This document shows positions 29,008-38,881 of a stretch of DNA of 64,000 nt, one piece after another. This DNA is from an uncultured Gammaproteobacteria bacterium. Lineage in GTDB: Bacteria; Patescibacteriota; Microgenomatia; UBA10105; UBA927. Location: contig CAZNKB010000003.1 of NCBI GenBank assembly GCA_964573695.1, positions 36,815 to 100,814 of the forward strand. The letters run 5' to 3'. The position numbers and the translations under genes were made by a program. How positions within the stretch are numbered: the stretch's first letter is position 1; each line of letters opens with the position of its first letter. The notes beneath the pieces are model-generated. The model made no database searches. It had not been told where the DNA came from and saw only the letters and a list, made by a program, of their open reading frames with translations.

Positions 29008-30000
29008 ATGCCAACACAACGAAAAATCCGGCAAACCCTCGGCATTATAGGGCTCGGATACTGGGGTGAAAAAATACTACGTGCGAGCATCTCACTTGGG
29101 CTACCGGTATTGGTTTGCGATACCGATCCGAAACGCGTACGCGCCATACAAAAGCTGTATCCCGGTGTCACTGTAGTACCTCACGCCGATATGTTGTTTA
29201 CAAATCCGGCAATTGACGTTTGCATCATAGCCACTCCTCCGCTTTCCCACTATGCGCTCGCAAAAAAGGCGCTTGACCACCGCAAACATGTCCTCGTCGA
29301 AAAACCGATGACATTAGACTCCAAGGAAGCCAAATCGCTCGTCGCACTCGCGCGTAGGAACAATCTGATTCTCATGGTAGATCATGTCTATTTGTTCTCC
29401 CCTATTGTCCACCAGGCAAAAAATCTCCTCGGGAGAGGTAACATCGGTCGCGTGCGAAGAATACATAGCATCCGCCACGTGGGACGCATACACCCCGGAA
29501 GCTCCGTGTTATGGGATTTGGCACCCCATGATATCGCACTATCTTCCTATCTTCTCAATGCATTTGTGCGTACAACACGTGCGCTTGCCGGCATGAACCT
29601 TCAAAATGGCGTACCCGGTGACGTCTTCTACGTGCTCACGTATGGATTAGACACACAAGTTATTTGTCATGTAAGTTGGAGCGCTCCGGTCAAAAAACGG
29701 TCTATGGAAATCATCGGCACCAAAGGCTCGATATTCTTGTCTTGGGAAAATGGTGAGGAATCTATCACCGCGTACAAATCCGACGCGTCAAAAAATACCA
29801 ACAGGATTAGTTTTGCCAAACGCTGCACTCCTCATAGAGAGCCGCTTCAGGCGCTTCTTATGCATATGCTCCGCGTCACAAAAAACCAAGAAAACGCTCT
29901 GATAAGCGGCGACCATGGCCTCAAGGTAACCCGTGTTATAGAAGCAATTCATCTGTCCCTCAAAAAAAACGGCACAGTAATCCGCCTGACAAACTCATAA
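29008..30000 (+). CDS. Gfo/Idh/MocA-family oxidoreductase (nucleotide-sugar dehydrogenase, WlbA/WbpB-like)
   Basis: GIIGLGYWG, KHVLVEKPM, WDLAPHDI. Confidence 0.9.
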   Translation: MPTQRKIRQTLGIIGLGYWGEKILRASISLGLPVLVCDTDPKRVRAIQKLYPGVTVVPHADMLFTNPAIDVCIIATPPLSHYALAKKALDHRKHVLVEKPMTLDSKEAKSLVALARRNNLILMVDHVYLFSPIVHQAKNLLGRGNIGRVRRIHSIRHVGRIHPGSSVLWDLAPHDIALSSYLLNAFVRTTRALAGMNLQNGVPGDVFYVLTYGLDTQVICHVSWSAPVKKRSMEIIGTKGSIFLSWENGEESITAYKSDASKNTNRISFAKRCTPHREPLQALLMHMLRVTKNQENALISGDHGLKVTRVIEAIHLSLKKNGTVIRLTNS

Positions 30001-30013
30001 CGATTCAAGTCTA

Positions 30014-30604
30014 CTAAGGAATGAGGTAATTTCCGATTACCCCGAGAGGATCATCGAAGAAATACAATAACCATTGCTGAAGCTTCCTGTTAGGGTACAA
30101 AAATGTCACTTTCTTTTGATAGATGCGGCCAAATAACGTGCGAATGGGGATTTCTTTTGGCTCATCGAGCTCGACACTTCCGGTATTTTTAAGGAGGCGC
30201 ACGGTAATAATTCTTCCTACATTATTTTCAACTTCGTCTAGCGAAATGGGAATCACCATCCGGGGATAATACCCCTCCACAAGGTACCCAGACGCCCCAA
30301 CAAGCAACAACCCCACATCCGTCTCAAGATACACCATGACAAAACCCGGATCTTTCAGACGAACGGATGCCAACTGTATAATCGAACTTCGCACCTGTGG
30401 AAATATGACAACGCGATTATACGGTGCTACCGCGATAATTAGCGCCATAATAAGACTTAAAATCATTCCTGACACGATAGCCCAAAGGATCGAACGACTC
30501 CACAAAAACACGGGTGTGGGTACAGTTTTTGCCTTCACTTGTGTGTCACCCTGGGTGAGTTGTGTCGTTTGCGGTATACTGGCTATAGAAGGCTTTGGCT
30601 CCAT
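30014..30604 (-). CDS. Hypothetical single-TM protein
   Basis: Open frame with TM ILWAIVSGMILSLIMALIIAV; TACAAT 6 nt before the ATG. Confidence 0.6.
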   Translation of the reverse strand: MEPKPSIASIPQTTQLTQGDTQVKAKTVPTPVFLWSRSILWAIVSGMILSLIMALIIAVAPYNRVVIFPQVRSSIIQLASVRLKDPGFVMVYLETDVGLLLVGASGYLVEGYYPRMVIPISLDEVENNVGRIITVRLLKNTGSVELDEPKEIPIRTLFGRIYQKKVTFLYPNRKLQQWLLYFFDDPLGVIGNYLIP

Positions 30605-30639
30605 ACATCCATTGTAACCAAAGCCAACTAGAAACAACA

Positions 30640-31461
30640 ATGGAACCGATGTCCATACCGATAGCAGAAGCACATACTTCACCTGCCGATGCCCTGACCG
30701 CATCACAGTCACAGAGCAATCCGATTCCACCGACGGCAACCGGGAATGCTTTTTTACAAATCAAAGATATTCCCCGAGTCATCATATGCTGCATCCTTTG
30801 TGCAGTAGTATCTCAAATCGGTTCAAGATACCTCCTATCCATAGCTCGCGATATTCCATATGCGTTTGGGTTTACACGCGAATATATTCTCTATGAAGGG
30901 ATACGCTACACTCCGCATTTATTTCTTCAACGCATCAACGAACAACAAGAGGGCTTCCGCAAAACAATGGTATATTTGGATTCACGGGATTATGTCAGAT
31001 CGTTACCTACAACTCTTCCGTACATTACCCCCATAACTCATATTTACGTCAATAACAATCCCATTGGAAAACTTCCCGAAAATATTTCTGATATGACCCA
31101 ACTTCGATCCTTATATGTTCTCAATGGAAATCTCAAAGTATTACCAGAAACGATCGGTAATCTTACTCAATTAGAAGAAATCATGCTCGCAGGAAATCAC
31201 ATAAAGCGCATACCGGATAGTATTGGTAATCTGACCAACCTCACCGCACTCAATCTCTCATATAACGACATCGAGTCAATTCCCACAAGCATTGCGAATA
31301 TGGAGCATCTTCAAGTTCTCGATCTGACGGGAAACCAGCTAAAAGAATTTCCCCGCGTCCTCCCTCCAAATCTTGTGCTTTTGTTAATTGGCGGCAATCA
31401 TATTTCACCCAGAGTACTGCAAAAAACAGTTGTTCCGGTGCTACAAGACATCATCTTCTGA
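30640..31461 (+). CDS. Membrane-anchored leucine-rich repeat protein
   Basis: About six 23-aa repeats LPETIGNLTQLEEIMLAGNHI / IPDSIGNLTNLTALNLSYNDI; hydrophobic segment near the N-terminus. Confidence 0.88.
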   Translation: MEPMSIPIAEAHTSPADALTASQSQSNPIPPTATGNAFLQIKDIPRVIICCILCAVVSQIGSRYLLSIARDIPYAFGFTREYILYEGIRYTPHLFLQRINEQQEGFRKTMVYLDSRDYVRSLPTTLPYITPITHIYVNNNPIGKLPENISDMTQLRSLYVLNGNLKVLPETIGNLTQLEEIMLAGNHIKRIPDSIGNLTNLTALNLSYNDIESIPTSIANMEHLQVLDLTGNQLKEFPRVLPPNLVLLLIGGNHISPRVLQKTVVPVLQDIIF

Positions 31462-31558
31462 GCACTTCGCTTTCCCGTAGTCAAACGGCAATGGTGACAT
31501 TCTATAGACGCTGTCTGATTTCTATCATAGAATAGGCACGGCAAATCTAAATTCTCGT

Positions 31559-32659
31559 ATGATACCGCTCAATAATCTCTCTCTTCATCATCGCAGCTTG
31601 TCTCATCAGTTCATCGCATCTCTTAAGCGAGTCATGAAACATGGTACGTATATTTTGGGTCCGGAAGTTATAGCATTCGAATCGGCCTTTGCCCGATATA
31701 CCAACACGAAATACGCTATCGGTGTGTCAAACGGCACAGATGCTCTTACGGTATCCCTCAAAGCGGTCCATATCGGCCCGGGAGACGAAGTGATCATTCC
31801 GGCGTTTACGTTTGTGAGCACTGCGTTTGCCGTGCTTCAAACCGGAGCACGACCTGTCCTTGTAGACATAGAACCAACCACATATACCATAGACACCCTC
31901 CAAATGGCCCGGGCGATAACTCGCAAAACAAAAGCAATAATTCCCGTACACCTATATGGCATGCCTTGCGATATGGACATGATCGGACGCCTCGCCAAAA
32001 AGTATAGACTCACCGTCATTGAAGACGCGGCTCAAGCACACGGGAGTTTCTATAAGAAGCGTCCGGCTGGTTCTATTGGGGATATGGGGTGCTTCTCGTT
32101 TTACCCATCCAAAAATTTAGGAGCCTTGGGAGATGCGGGGGCCATAACGACAAACTCATCTCGTCTCGCCTCCCGGATCCGAACCATAATAAATTTGGGC
32201 ACTACAAAAAAATACATACACGTAGATATCGGGGTGAATAATCGGCTTGATAGCTTGCAGGCTGCTTTTCTTTCAAGTGAGCTCCCGATGCTAAATTCAT
32301 GGAACGCGAGACGCCGAAACATAGCGGCGCGCTATACTTCCCTACTTAAGGAGTTGCCGATCGAATTACCGAAAACGCAAAAGGAGCGCATCACCAACAT
32401 GCATTTGTATGTCATCCGCACTAAACAGCGTGCGGCATTACGCCGACACTTGCTTGCCCGAGGCATACAAACAGGTATCCACTACCCTAAGGCGCTCCAT
32501 GAACAACGAGCGCTCCACATGCTTGGGTACACCAAAGGGGCATTTCCGGTAAGCGAGACCGCCGCAAAAGAAGTACTGAGTTTGCCCATGTATCCCAAGC
32601 TCACCGATCGGCAAATCATAACAGTAACCTCGGCAGTTCGGTCATTTTTTCGCCAATGA
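31559..32659 (+). CDS. DegT/DnrJ/EryC1/StrS aminotransferase (WlbC/FdtB-like)
   Basis: NGTDAL, PVHLYG, EDAAQAHG, SFYPSKNLGALGDAG. Confidence 0.93.
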   Translation: MIPLNNLSLHHRSLSHQFIASLKRVMKHGTYILGPEVIAFESAFARYTNTKYAIGVSNGTDALTVSLKAVHIGPGDEVIIPAFTFVSTAFAVLQTGARPVLVDIEPTTYTIDTLQMARAITRKTKAIIPVHLYGMPCDMDMIGRLAKKYRLTVIEDAAQAHGSFYKKRPAGSIGDMGCFSFYPSKNLGALGDAGAITTNSSRLASRIRTIINLGTTKKYIHVDIGVNNRLDSLQAAFLSSELPMLNSWNARRRNIAARYTSLLKELPIELPKTQKERITNMHLYVIRTKQRAALRRHLLARGIQTGIHYPKALHEQRALHMLGYTKGAFPVSETAAKEVLSLPMYPKLTDRQIITVTSAVRSFFRQ

Positions 32660-35418
32660 AACGCTACCTTATTTTCATTCCTTTTCACAATCCATGGGAC
32701 TGGCATACGGATTACGCAAATCAAACCGCTACACTGTTGTCTCTACACCACAGTGTGATCTGTTTCCTGTGGGGTGATACAGTTTCCCTTCGCGAAATTT
32801 TCTCGGGAAGAAAACAGTACCGTCCGATAACCCGTCGTGGACGCACGATTTTGTATCAGCCGATTTACCTCATTCCGGGAAAGCGCGTGCTTGCGGTACA
32901 GTTTATAAACTTGTTTTTCAATCTCTTGATTGCATATATTTTATGTTCAATAACCGCAATTTATCACAAAAAACAGCTCCTTTTCTGGTTTTTCGGGATC
33001 TACGACCCGACTTTTATTCTCCTGCCAATATTTTTCCGGCACACTCCTACGCTGTACGACTGCGTCGATACCCCGTGGCATCCGAAACCGGAGATGGCTT
33101 CTCGGCTCCAGCAAGCAGAAGCGGACATATTGGATCGCGCTTGGATTGTCGCGACCAACTCGCATACGCTTCGCAGTAGACTCCAAAAGACGAGAAAAGA
33201 CATCCACATGGTTCCTCTTGGATTCCGGTCGGAAATGTTTGAACGCCCCCAAAAACATCCGCTCCCTTTTTCCCGAAAACGTCCGATCATTTGCTATACC
33301 GGAGCAATTGATTACCGCCTGGATTTCCCCCTGTTATATCGCCTTATAAGGGCTAACAAAAACTGGCAGTTTGCACTCATCGGCCCTGTGTTCTATGACC
33401 ATATGGTGGCAAAATCCCGTCGTCTCATGGACACCGTATTGACCCTTCCGAACGTATATCACAACACTGTCAGGCCAAACGCAGTGCCGGATATCATAGC
33501 CCAAAGCGACATAACTATCATTCCCTATCGGAATGATTTCGCTTTTAACCGCTATGCTTTCCCCATGAAAATCATGGAATATTTATATGCCAAAAAGAGA
33601 ACTATCACAAGCCAAATCAATGAACTTCGCGGGTACAACCCCCTTGTGGTTATGGCGCAAACCACACGCGAATGGACGACATCAATTCGATATGCCCTGG
33701 CACACCCGCTCGACCAAACTCAAAAACGGAGGGCGCGTCTTACCGCCTCGTCGCACACCTGGAAGAAAAAAATTGACGCCCTCAATCACATACTGGAAAA
33801 TACTCCGGACGACACTACCGGACAGCGCCGATCAGACAAAACTACGGCATTCTGGCTTATTCTTTCCTGCATCCTATTGATCTCATTCGCACTTCGCTTC
33901 TACCGCCTTCCCGAAACCATATGGTTTTTTAATGACCAGGGGCTTGATATGGTGAGCATCTTGCAAATGGAAAAACATGGGATATTGCCTCTCGTCGGAC
34001 CTTTTTTGGATATTCCCGAGGTATATACGCCACCTACGTACTATCTGATCACATGGGCGATGTATCAAGTCACGCACACCGTCATCGGCGTCGTCTATGG
34101 TTATGCACTTCTTAATCTATTTACCATAGTCGTTCTTACAAAAGTAGCGCTCGATAGCATGGGGCGGCGCGCAGCAATTTTTGTGGGAATCCTTCTTGCC
34201 GTATCCGACACTATGATTGATCAGAGTAGGACATTTTGGCAACCCTATCCTATTCAGATATTTCTAGCACTTAGCATCTTGGGATTATGGCAGGCACACA
34301 AAACCAAACGCCTGGTATTTGTATGGCTCGCATCACTCTGTTTTCTTGTGGCCTGCTCTATCTATCCTTCCCCGATCCTGTTATTACCGTTTGTGGCTTA
34401 CCGAATATTTCTCTGGTATCGATTTACCGGACGCAAACGAGTCGCCACATCAGTCTTCCTTGCGATGTTTACGCTTGGAGCGACAGCCGCGCTCGTCTAT
34501 TTGCCTCAAATTGTATTTGAATTTACCCGTGGATTTCCAACAATTATGTCACTATTCTCGACACACACGGAAAAACTCATCCTCAATCCCATGACAAGCT
34601 TGGCACAAAACATTTCCCTGCTTTTCACGGATTTTTTTGCCATACAGCATCTACCCGACCCGTTCAAACCCATAATGATCATAAGCATCGCGGCGCTTTA
34701 TCTTTTCCTCGTTTACAAAACACGCTCCTGGGGAGGAGATAAGCCTCCGTTTTTTGAGCTTTGGCCGCTTGCGCTGGGTTTTTTGTGGTTTCTCTTCTAT
34801 CCGTATGAAGCGCATGCCCACCGTACGGTAGCATATTTGCCTTTTGGCTTTTTGTTGACAGCGGATCTATTGGCCCGAGCATGGAATACGAATCGTGGAA
34901 CGAAATCTCTTGCGGCCGCATTGTTGTTCGGGTATATCATACTCAATCTTTATGGCGCGAAAGGATATTGGATAGGGACCGTTCCCGACCAGAGGAAACA
35001 AACCAAAGACGTCGCGCGCTTTATCGAATCGGATATCGTCACGCGCAATATACCACGGGACACGGTAGGAATTTTCTATAAAGCTGCCAACGACCCGACA
35101 AATGGAAATTACGGCATATACCGTATTTTATTTTGGTTACTGCAACGTGAGGCAATTTCATTTCCCCTTAACCAAGGGGACATACAAATCCCGCATGATT
35201 ATTCTACCCCCATACTCAAACCCTATATGTACATCGTCTGTTGGGGGTTTTCTCTAACAGATTCATTACACGACACGTGTATAAAACCCGTCATCAAATC
35301 CGCACCATATCGCTTTCTTATGGAGCGAAGACTACATGATATGACTATTATGGTGCTGACAAACGAGTCAACGGGCTCTGCCGCTTCCTTCTTTCCTGGC
35401 AACGACCAAAACCGATGA
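32656..35418 (+). CDS. Fusion of GT-B (GT4/TuaH-like) N-half and GT-C (ArnT/PMT_2-like) C-half
   Basis: YDCVD, YTGAIDYRLD, FPMKIMEYL in the first ~380 aa, then LRFYRL..FFNDQGLD..PLVGP and multiple TMs. No stop between the halves. Confidence 0.8.
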   Translation: MKRYLIFIPFHNPWDWHTDYANQTATLLSLHHSVICFLWGDTVSLREIFSGRKQYRPITRRGRTILYQPIYLIPGKRVLAVQFINLFFNLLIAYILCSITAIYHKKQLLFWFFGIYDPTFILLPIFFRHTPTLYDCVDTPWHPKPEMASRLQQAEADILDRAWIVATNSHTLRSRLQKTRKDIHMVPLGFRSEMFERPQKHPLPFSRKRPIICYTGAIDYRLDFPLLYRLIRANKNWQFALIGPVFYDHMVAKSRRLMDTVLTLPNVYHNTVRPNAVPDIIAQSDITIIPYRNDFAFNRYAFPMKIMEYLYAKKRTITSQINELRGYNPLVVMAQTTREWTTSIRYALAHPLDQTQKRRARLTASSHTWKKKIDALNHILENTPDDTTGQRRSDKTTAFWLILSCILLISFALRFYRLPETIWFFNDQGLDMVSILQMEKHGILPLVGPFLDIPEVYTPPTYYLITWAMYQVTHTVIGVVYGYALLNLFTIVVLTKVALDSMGRRAAIFVGILLAVSDTMIDQSRTFWQPYPIQIFLALSILGLWQAHKTKRLVFVWLASLCFLVACSIYPSPILLLPFVAYRIFLWYRFTGRKRVATSVFLAMFTLGATAALVYLPQIVFEFTRGFPTIMSLFSTHTEKLILNPMTSLAQNISLLFTDFFAIQHLPDPFKPIMIISIAALYLFLVYKTRSWGGDKPPFFELWPLALGFLWFLFYPYEAHAHRTVAYLPFGFLLTADLLARAWNTNRGTKSLAAALLFGYIILNLYGAKGYWIGTVPDQRKQTKDVARFIESDIVTRNIPRDTVGIFYKAANDPTNGNYGIYRILFWLLQREAISFPLNQGDIQIPHDYSTPILKPYMYIVCWGFSLTDSLHDTCIKPVIKSAPYRFLMERRLHDMTIMVLTNESTGSAASFFPGNDQNR

Positions 35419-36117
35419 TCCGTAGGGATACGATACGAAGGGTAATATCCACGATTCTATCCTATGGAGAAAGATGCACATTTCATTTATCTTGGTGGGT
35501 ACAGCCGAAACGTCCGATGCGCACCCTTTCACATTGAAAAAACGGTCAACCAGGCGCTTCATGGCAAACCAGGGAAACAAAAAAAAGAACATATAAGAGA
35601 TTTTCCGGATGCCAAATCCCGCCTGAGCGACACGCGACCCCAAAAGCGCGCTTGTATAGCGTATCCTGCCGTGTACCGCACGGTCGTGCGGACCAGCCAA
35701 CCACGGCATAGCGCAGTCGGTCACGATAAGCAGTCCGCCCGGCTTAAGAATCCGGTTTGCCTCAGCTAACGCCTTGCGATCGTCTATCCCCCGGTGATAA
35801 AGCACGTCAAATAAACAAACCATATCCATACTTCTCGTAGCCAGCTTTGTCCGCTCCGCATTATCTGCCCGCAACGATATGCCGCGCTTTTTGGCCAACT
35901 TGCGTGCTTTGTGATGCGGCTCAATACCAATCACCGTTCCGTACCGCTTGAGAAGCGAAAACATCCCTCCGGTTCCCGCGCCGATATCTGCAATGGTGAG
36001 GCGCTTTACACCTATCCCGATGTGCCGAAACATGGACTCCAAAAATAAGCGGCGTGAGACAAACCACCAGTGAGTTTTCTCGACATCATACATCACCTGA
36101 TATTCATGCTCTTCCAT
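35368..36117 (-). CDS. Class I SAM-dependent methyltransferase
   Basis: HWWFVSRR, IADIGAGTGG, FDVLYH, RILKPGG. Confidence 0.9.
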   Translation of the reverse strand: MEEHEYQVMYDVEKTHWWFVSRRLFLESMFRHIGIGVKRLTIADIGAGTGGMFSLLKRYGTVIGIEPHHKARKLAKKRGISLRADNAERTKLATRSMDMVCLFDVLYHRGIDDRKALAEANRILKPGGLLIVTDCAMPWLAGPHDRAVHGRIRYTSALLGSRVAQAGFGIRKISYMFFFLFPWFAMKRLVDRFFNVKGCASDVSAVPTKINEMCIFLHRIESWILPFVSYPYGSSVLVVARKEGSGRAR

Positions 36118-37105
36118 GGATAAGACGGCCAGCGAGTGCGCCTGCGAAAATGAAACAATATAACGTAAGCCCGGTGAAAAAGCTTTTTGCGGCAAAAACC
36201 CCGCCCTTTTCCTGATACACAAAGACGAGAAACTTTCGGATCAGGAAAAAGTGGATGACTATGATCACCCCAAGCGCCACCAACGCGTATCCTACGCTAC
36301 CTAAATGACTTAGATAACTCAGGGATGTTGCGATCACAGCTCCCACCACTCCTACCCCGCTCAGAGTCGTCAGAGCCTCTTGCATGGTGGTTGCCACAGG
36401 ATCAAATCGTTTACGCCTGGCATATAGCTTGGTCCAGTAATACGCACGGAGAAAATATTTTTTGGCAATCGGCCAAAATCCTTCAAATTCATGCCGGACT
36501 CTCACCTGAGGTGCAAAAATAATCGCATACCGCCTTGCTATCCGATATGTCAGCTCGATATCTTCGACTAACGGCGCGGGATAGTTTTCGTCAAAGCCTC
36601 CCAGCCTCTCAAACACGGCTTTTTTTATCGCGGCGATCCTGGTCGAAAAGAGAAAGTAGTACCCGCTCTTATCACGCTCATTTATCCAATAACTCCAATC
36701 CCGAAGCGCTTTGAAGTTGGGGAAAAAATCTTTCGAGCGTTGATGCTTTACCCAAACGCCTGTCAGCGCGACGATATCCGGGTCGTCCGAAAATACATTC
36801 GCTATTTCCGATAGAGTATCAGGAAATACCTCAACGTCTCCGTCCAAAAATACGACAAATTCCCCTTTCGCCGCAGCTACCCCCCTGTTTCGAGCCACCG
36901 CAGGTCCTTTGTTATGTGGTAAGCGGACGATATTTGCGGTTTTCTTTCGCATCACGCGAAACGGCAATGGCTGTTTGGATCCGTCGTCAACGACGATAAT
37001 TTCATATGGCGGAGCGTTCTTGCTTTTGGCAAGAGTGAATAGAAGTCGTTCTAGTTTATCCGGAGCGTTAAAATAGGGAATAATAACCGACAAATATGGC
37101 TTCAT
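36104..37105 (-). CDS. Glycosyltransferase family 2 with C-terminal TMs
   Basis: VVDDGS, GPAVARNRG, FLDGD, GGFDE, EDIEL. Confidence 0.9.
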   Translation of the reverse strand: MKPYLSVIIPYFNAPDKLERLLFTLAKSKNAPPYEIIVVDDGSKQPLPFRVMRKKTANIVRLPHNKGPAVARNRGVAAAKGEFVVFLDGDVEVFPDTLSEIANVFSDDPDIVALTGVWVKHQRSKDFFPNFKALRDWSYWINERDKSGYYFLFSTRIAAIKKAVFERLGGFDENYPAPLVEDIELTYRIARRYAIIFAPQVRVRHEFEGFWPIAKKYFLRAYYWTKLYARRKRFDPVATTMQEALTTLSGVGVVGAVIATSLSYLSHLGSVGYALVALGVIIVIHFFLIRKFLVFVYQEKGGVFAAKSFFTGLTLYCFIFAGALAGRLIHGRA

Positions 37106-37115
37106 AATGTCTTCC

Positions 37116-37214
37116 TGTCATCCCGGGATCGCTTCGACTCAGCGAGGCGAGCCTAATCCGGGACCAATCAGATTTTCTCAAACATCGGGTTCCTACCCGT
37201 GGGCCGGAGCGACA
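37116..37214. repeat. Degenerate REP-like element with nested hairpin
   Basis: TGTCATCCCGG ... CCGGAGCGACA outer arms; TCCCGG/CCGGGA and TCGCTTCG/CGAGGCGA inner stems. Confidence 0.6.
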
Positions 37215-37222
37215 ACCTACTG

Positions 37223-38359
37223 TTACAGAGCCTTCAACACCTTCCGGGCAGTAGATATTACATAATCCAGCTCTCTTCCTGTCATCCCGGCATAGATTGG
37301 CATACGCACCAGCGTTGCCGCTACATCTTCTGTCACGGGCAATCTGATATGTCCTCCCGATAGACGCTTTCCCATGGGAGAAGCGTGAAGCGGCATATAA
37401 TGCGTAGAGACTTCGATATGTTTGGCGCGCATTGCTTTTACAAAGGCCTCCCGCATGCGTGTGTCGGCAAATTTAAGCGCATAAATGTGCCAATTCGGCT
37501 GCGTCATCCCCTCCGGTGCCATGGGAATCTGTATTTTCCCGGCAAATGACTGCAATGCCTTACTATATTCTGATGCAATGTGACTTCTATCTTTATTTAT
37601 TTTATCAATTTGACCTAGTTGTATATTTACCAATGCGGCAAGTATATCGGAAAGCATAAAACTACTTCCCTCCCCTACCCAACTATATGCTGATACTTTA
37701 CCGGCCAAAAACGCCATCCTATCGGTGCCTATAGAACGGAATATTTCCATAGCATTTGCCAGCTTTTTGGAATTCGTGAGAATACTTCCTCCCTCACCGG
37801 CCGCGACGTTTTTTGTCCCATGAAAACTAAGCGCTCCGGCTACCCCAAAGGTACCCAAGGCTTTTCCTTTATATAAAGCGCCTATACAGTGCGCCGCATC
37901 CTCAACTACCCATATCCCTGCTTTTTTTGCGACCCGCATGAGCTCCTCAAAATACCGGCCGGCAAACCCTGCGTAATGTACTGTGATAATACCGACAGTC
38001 CGTTTGGTAATCCGACGCATAACATCGCGTGGATCAAGGCTATAGTGTAGAGGGTCAATGTCAGCAAATACCGGAGTTGCACCTCTGACCATGGCGGCCG
38101 TAGCAGTGGAGGCAAGTGTAAAGCTGGGTACGATGATTTCATCACCCTTTTTTGCTCCCAGACAGGCAACTGCTGCTTCCATGGCGTGTGTGCAACTCGT
38201 GACCGGAATTGCGTATGTGGCTTTCGTAAGCTGTATCAGTTTTTTGCGCATCAGCACTGACTCCGGCCCGTCTGCAGTACCCACACCGGTACGCATAGCA
38301 TGGATTACGCCTGCTTCTGCTTTCACCCCCCAAAACGGTTTATGGAGCGGAATTTTCAT
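37223..38359 (-). CDS. DegT-family aminotransferase, WecE/RffA-like (dTDP-4-amino-4,6-dideoxyhexose transaminase)
   Basis: SCTHAME, VHYAG, EDAAH, SFHGTKNVAAGEGG, HYMPLH. Confidence 0.9.
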   Translation of the reverse strand: MKIPLHKPFWGVKAEAGVIHAMRTGVGTADGPESVLMRKKLIQLTKATYAIPVTSCTHAMEAAVACLGAKKGDEIIVPSFTLASTATAAMVRGATPVFADIDPLHYSLDPRDVMRRITKRTVGIITVHYAGFAGRYFEELMRVAKKAGIWVVEDAAHCIGALYKGKALGTFGVAGALSFHGTKNVAAGEGGSILTNSKKLANAMEIFRSIGTDRMAFLAGKVSAYSWVGEGSSFMLSDILAALVNIQLGQIDKINKDRSHIASEYSKALQSFAGKIQIPMAPEGMTQPNWHIYALKFADTRMREAFVKAMRAKHIEVSTHYMPLHASPMGKRLSGGHIRLPVTEDVAATLVRMPIYAGMTGRELDYVISTARKVLKAL

Positions 38360-38428
38360 CAAAACCGATCATACTTGAAGCCATACGGGTTTGACAAGAC
38401 CTGCCGGAGACGGCTACAACTAAATCAC

Positions 38429-38881
38429 ATGAGCGAAATGGGTAATAGGCTCAAACCAAGGGCCACACACCAACAGAAATATGTCGTGTATAAACCAATA
38501 GACGTTCCCATTACCGTCAGTATGGACACACCCGGTAATACGGTGCGCGAACTCATGAAATGGCCCAAAAACAAAAAGGTGTTGGCAGTACGGGTACCGA
38601 ACACATTTTCGGAATACGAAACACACTACCTCACAAACAGCAAAACAGCAGCAAGCCACGGTCAGGAGGCCAGAAAAGCCACAATAGAAGCGCTTAGTAC
38701 CGAGCATCACAAGTCCGCACGGGAAATACTGCGTGCCCTGGCCAGAGGCGAAGTATTGTCACTTAACTATTTCACAAGCTTGCCTTACCTCACCACGCCG
38801 CGAGGCGCTCTTCGTGAACCTGTATTTTTGACCCCGAAACAAGCCAAGCTGAAGAAAAAAAATACCGCTAAATCCGTTTAA
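38429..38881 (+). CDS. Orphan basic hypothetical protein
   Basis: 150-codon frame filling the gap between two minus-strand genes; TTGACA at 38391-38396 upstream. Confidence 0.55.
   Translation: MSEMGNRLKPRATHQQKYVVYKPIDVPITVSMDTPGNTVRELMKWPKNKKVLAVRVPNTFSEYETHYLTNSKTAASHGQEARKATIEALSTEHHKSAREILRALARGEVLSLNYFTSLPYLTTPRGALREPVFLTPKQAKLKKKNTAKSV

Noticed and set aside
31460-31500. Weak resemblance to the 3' end of the Gfo/Idh/MocA gene (shared AGCA.TTC..TCCC..AAACGGCA with 29943-29974)
   Set aside because: Needs gaps and is only about two-thirds identical, so it cannot be told from chance by eye. It would be a fourth 3'-end duplication if alignment statistics supported it.
38357-38400. Possible relic gene end (..PYGFKYDRF*) with a TGATG overlap onto the aminotransferase start
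   Set aside because: No match to any gene in the window and too short to support a pseudogene call.
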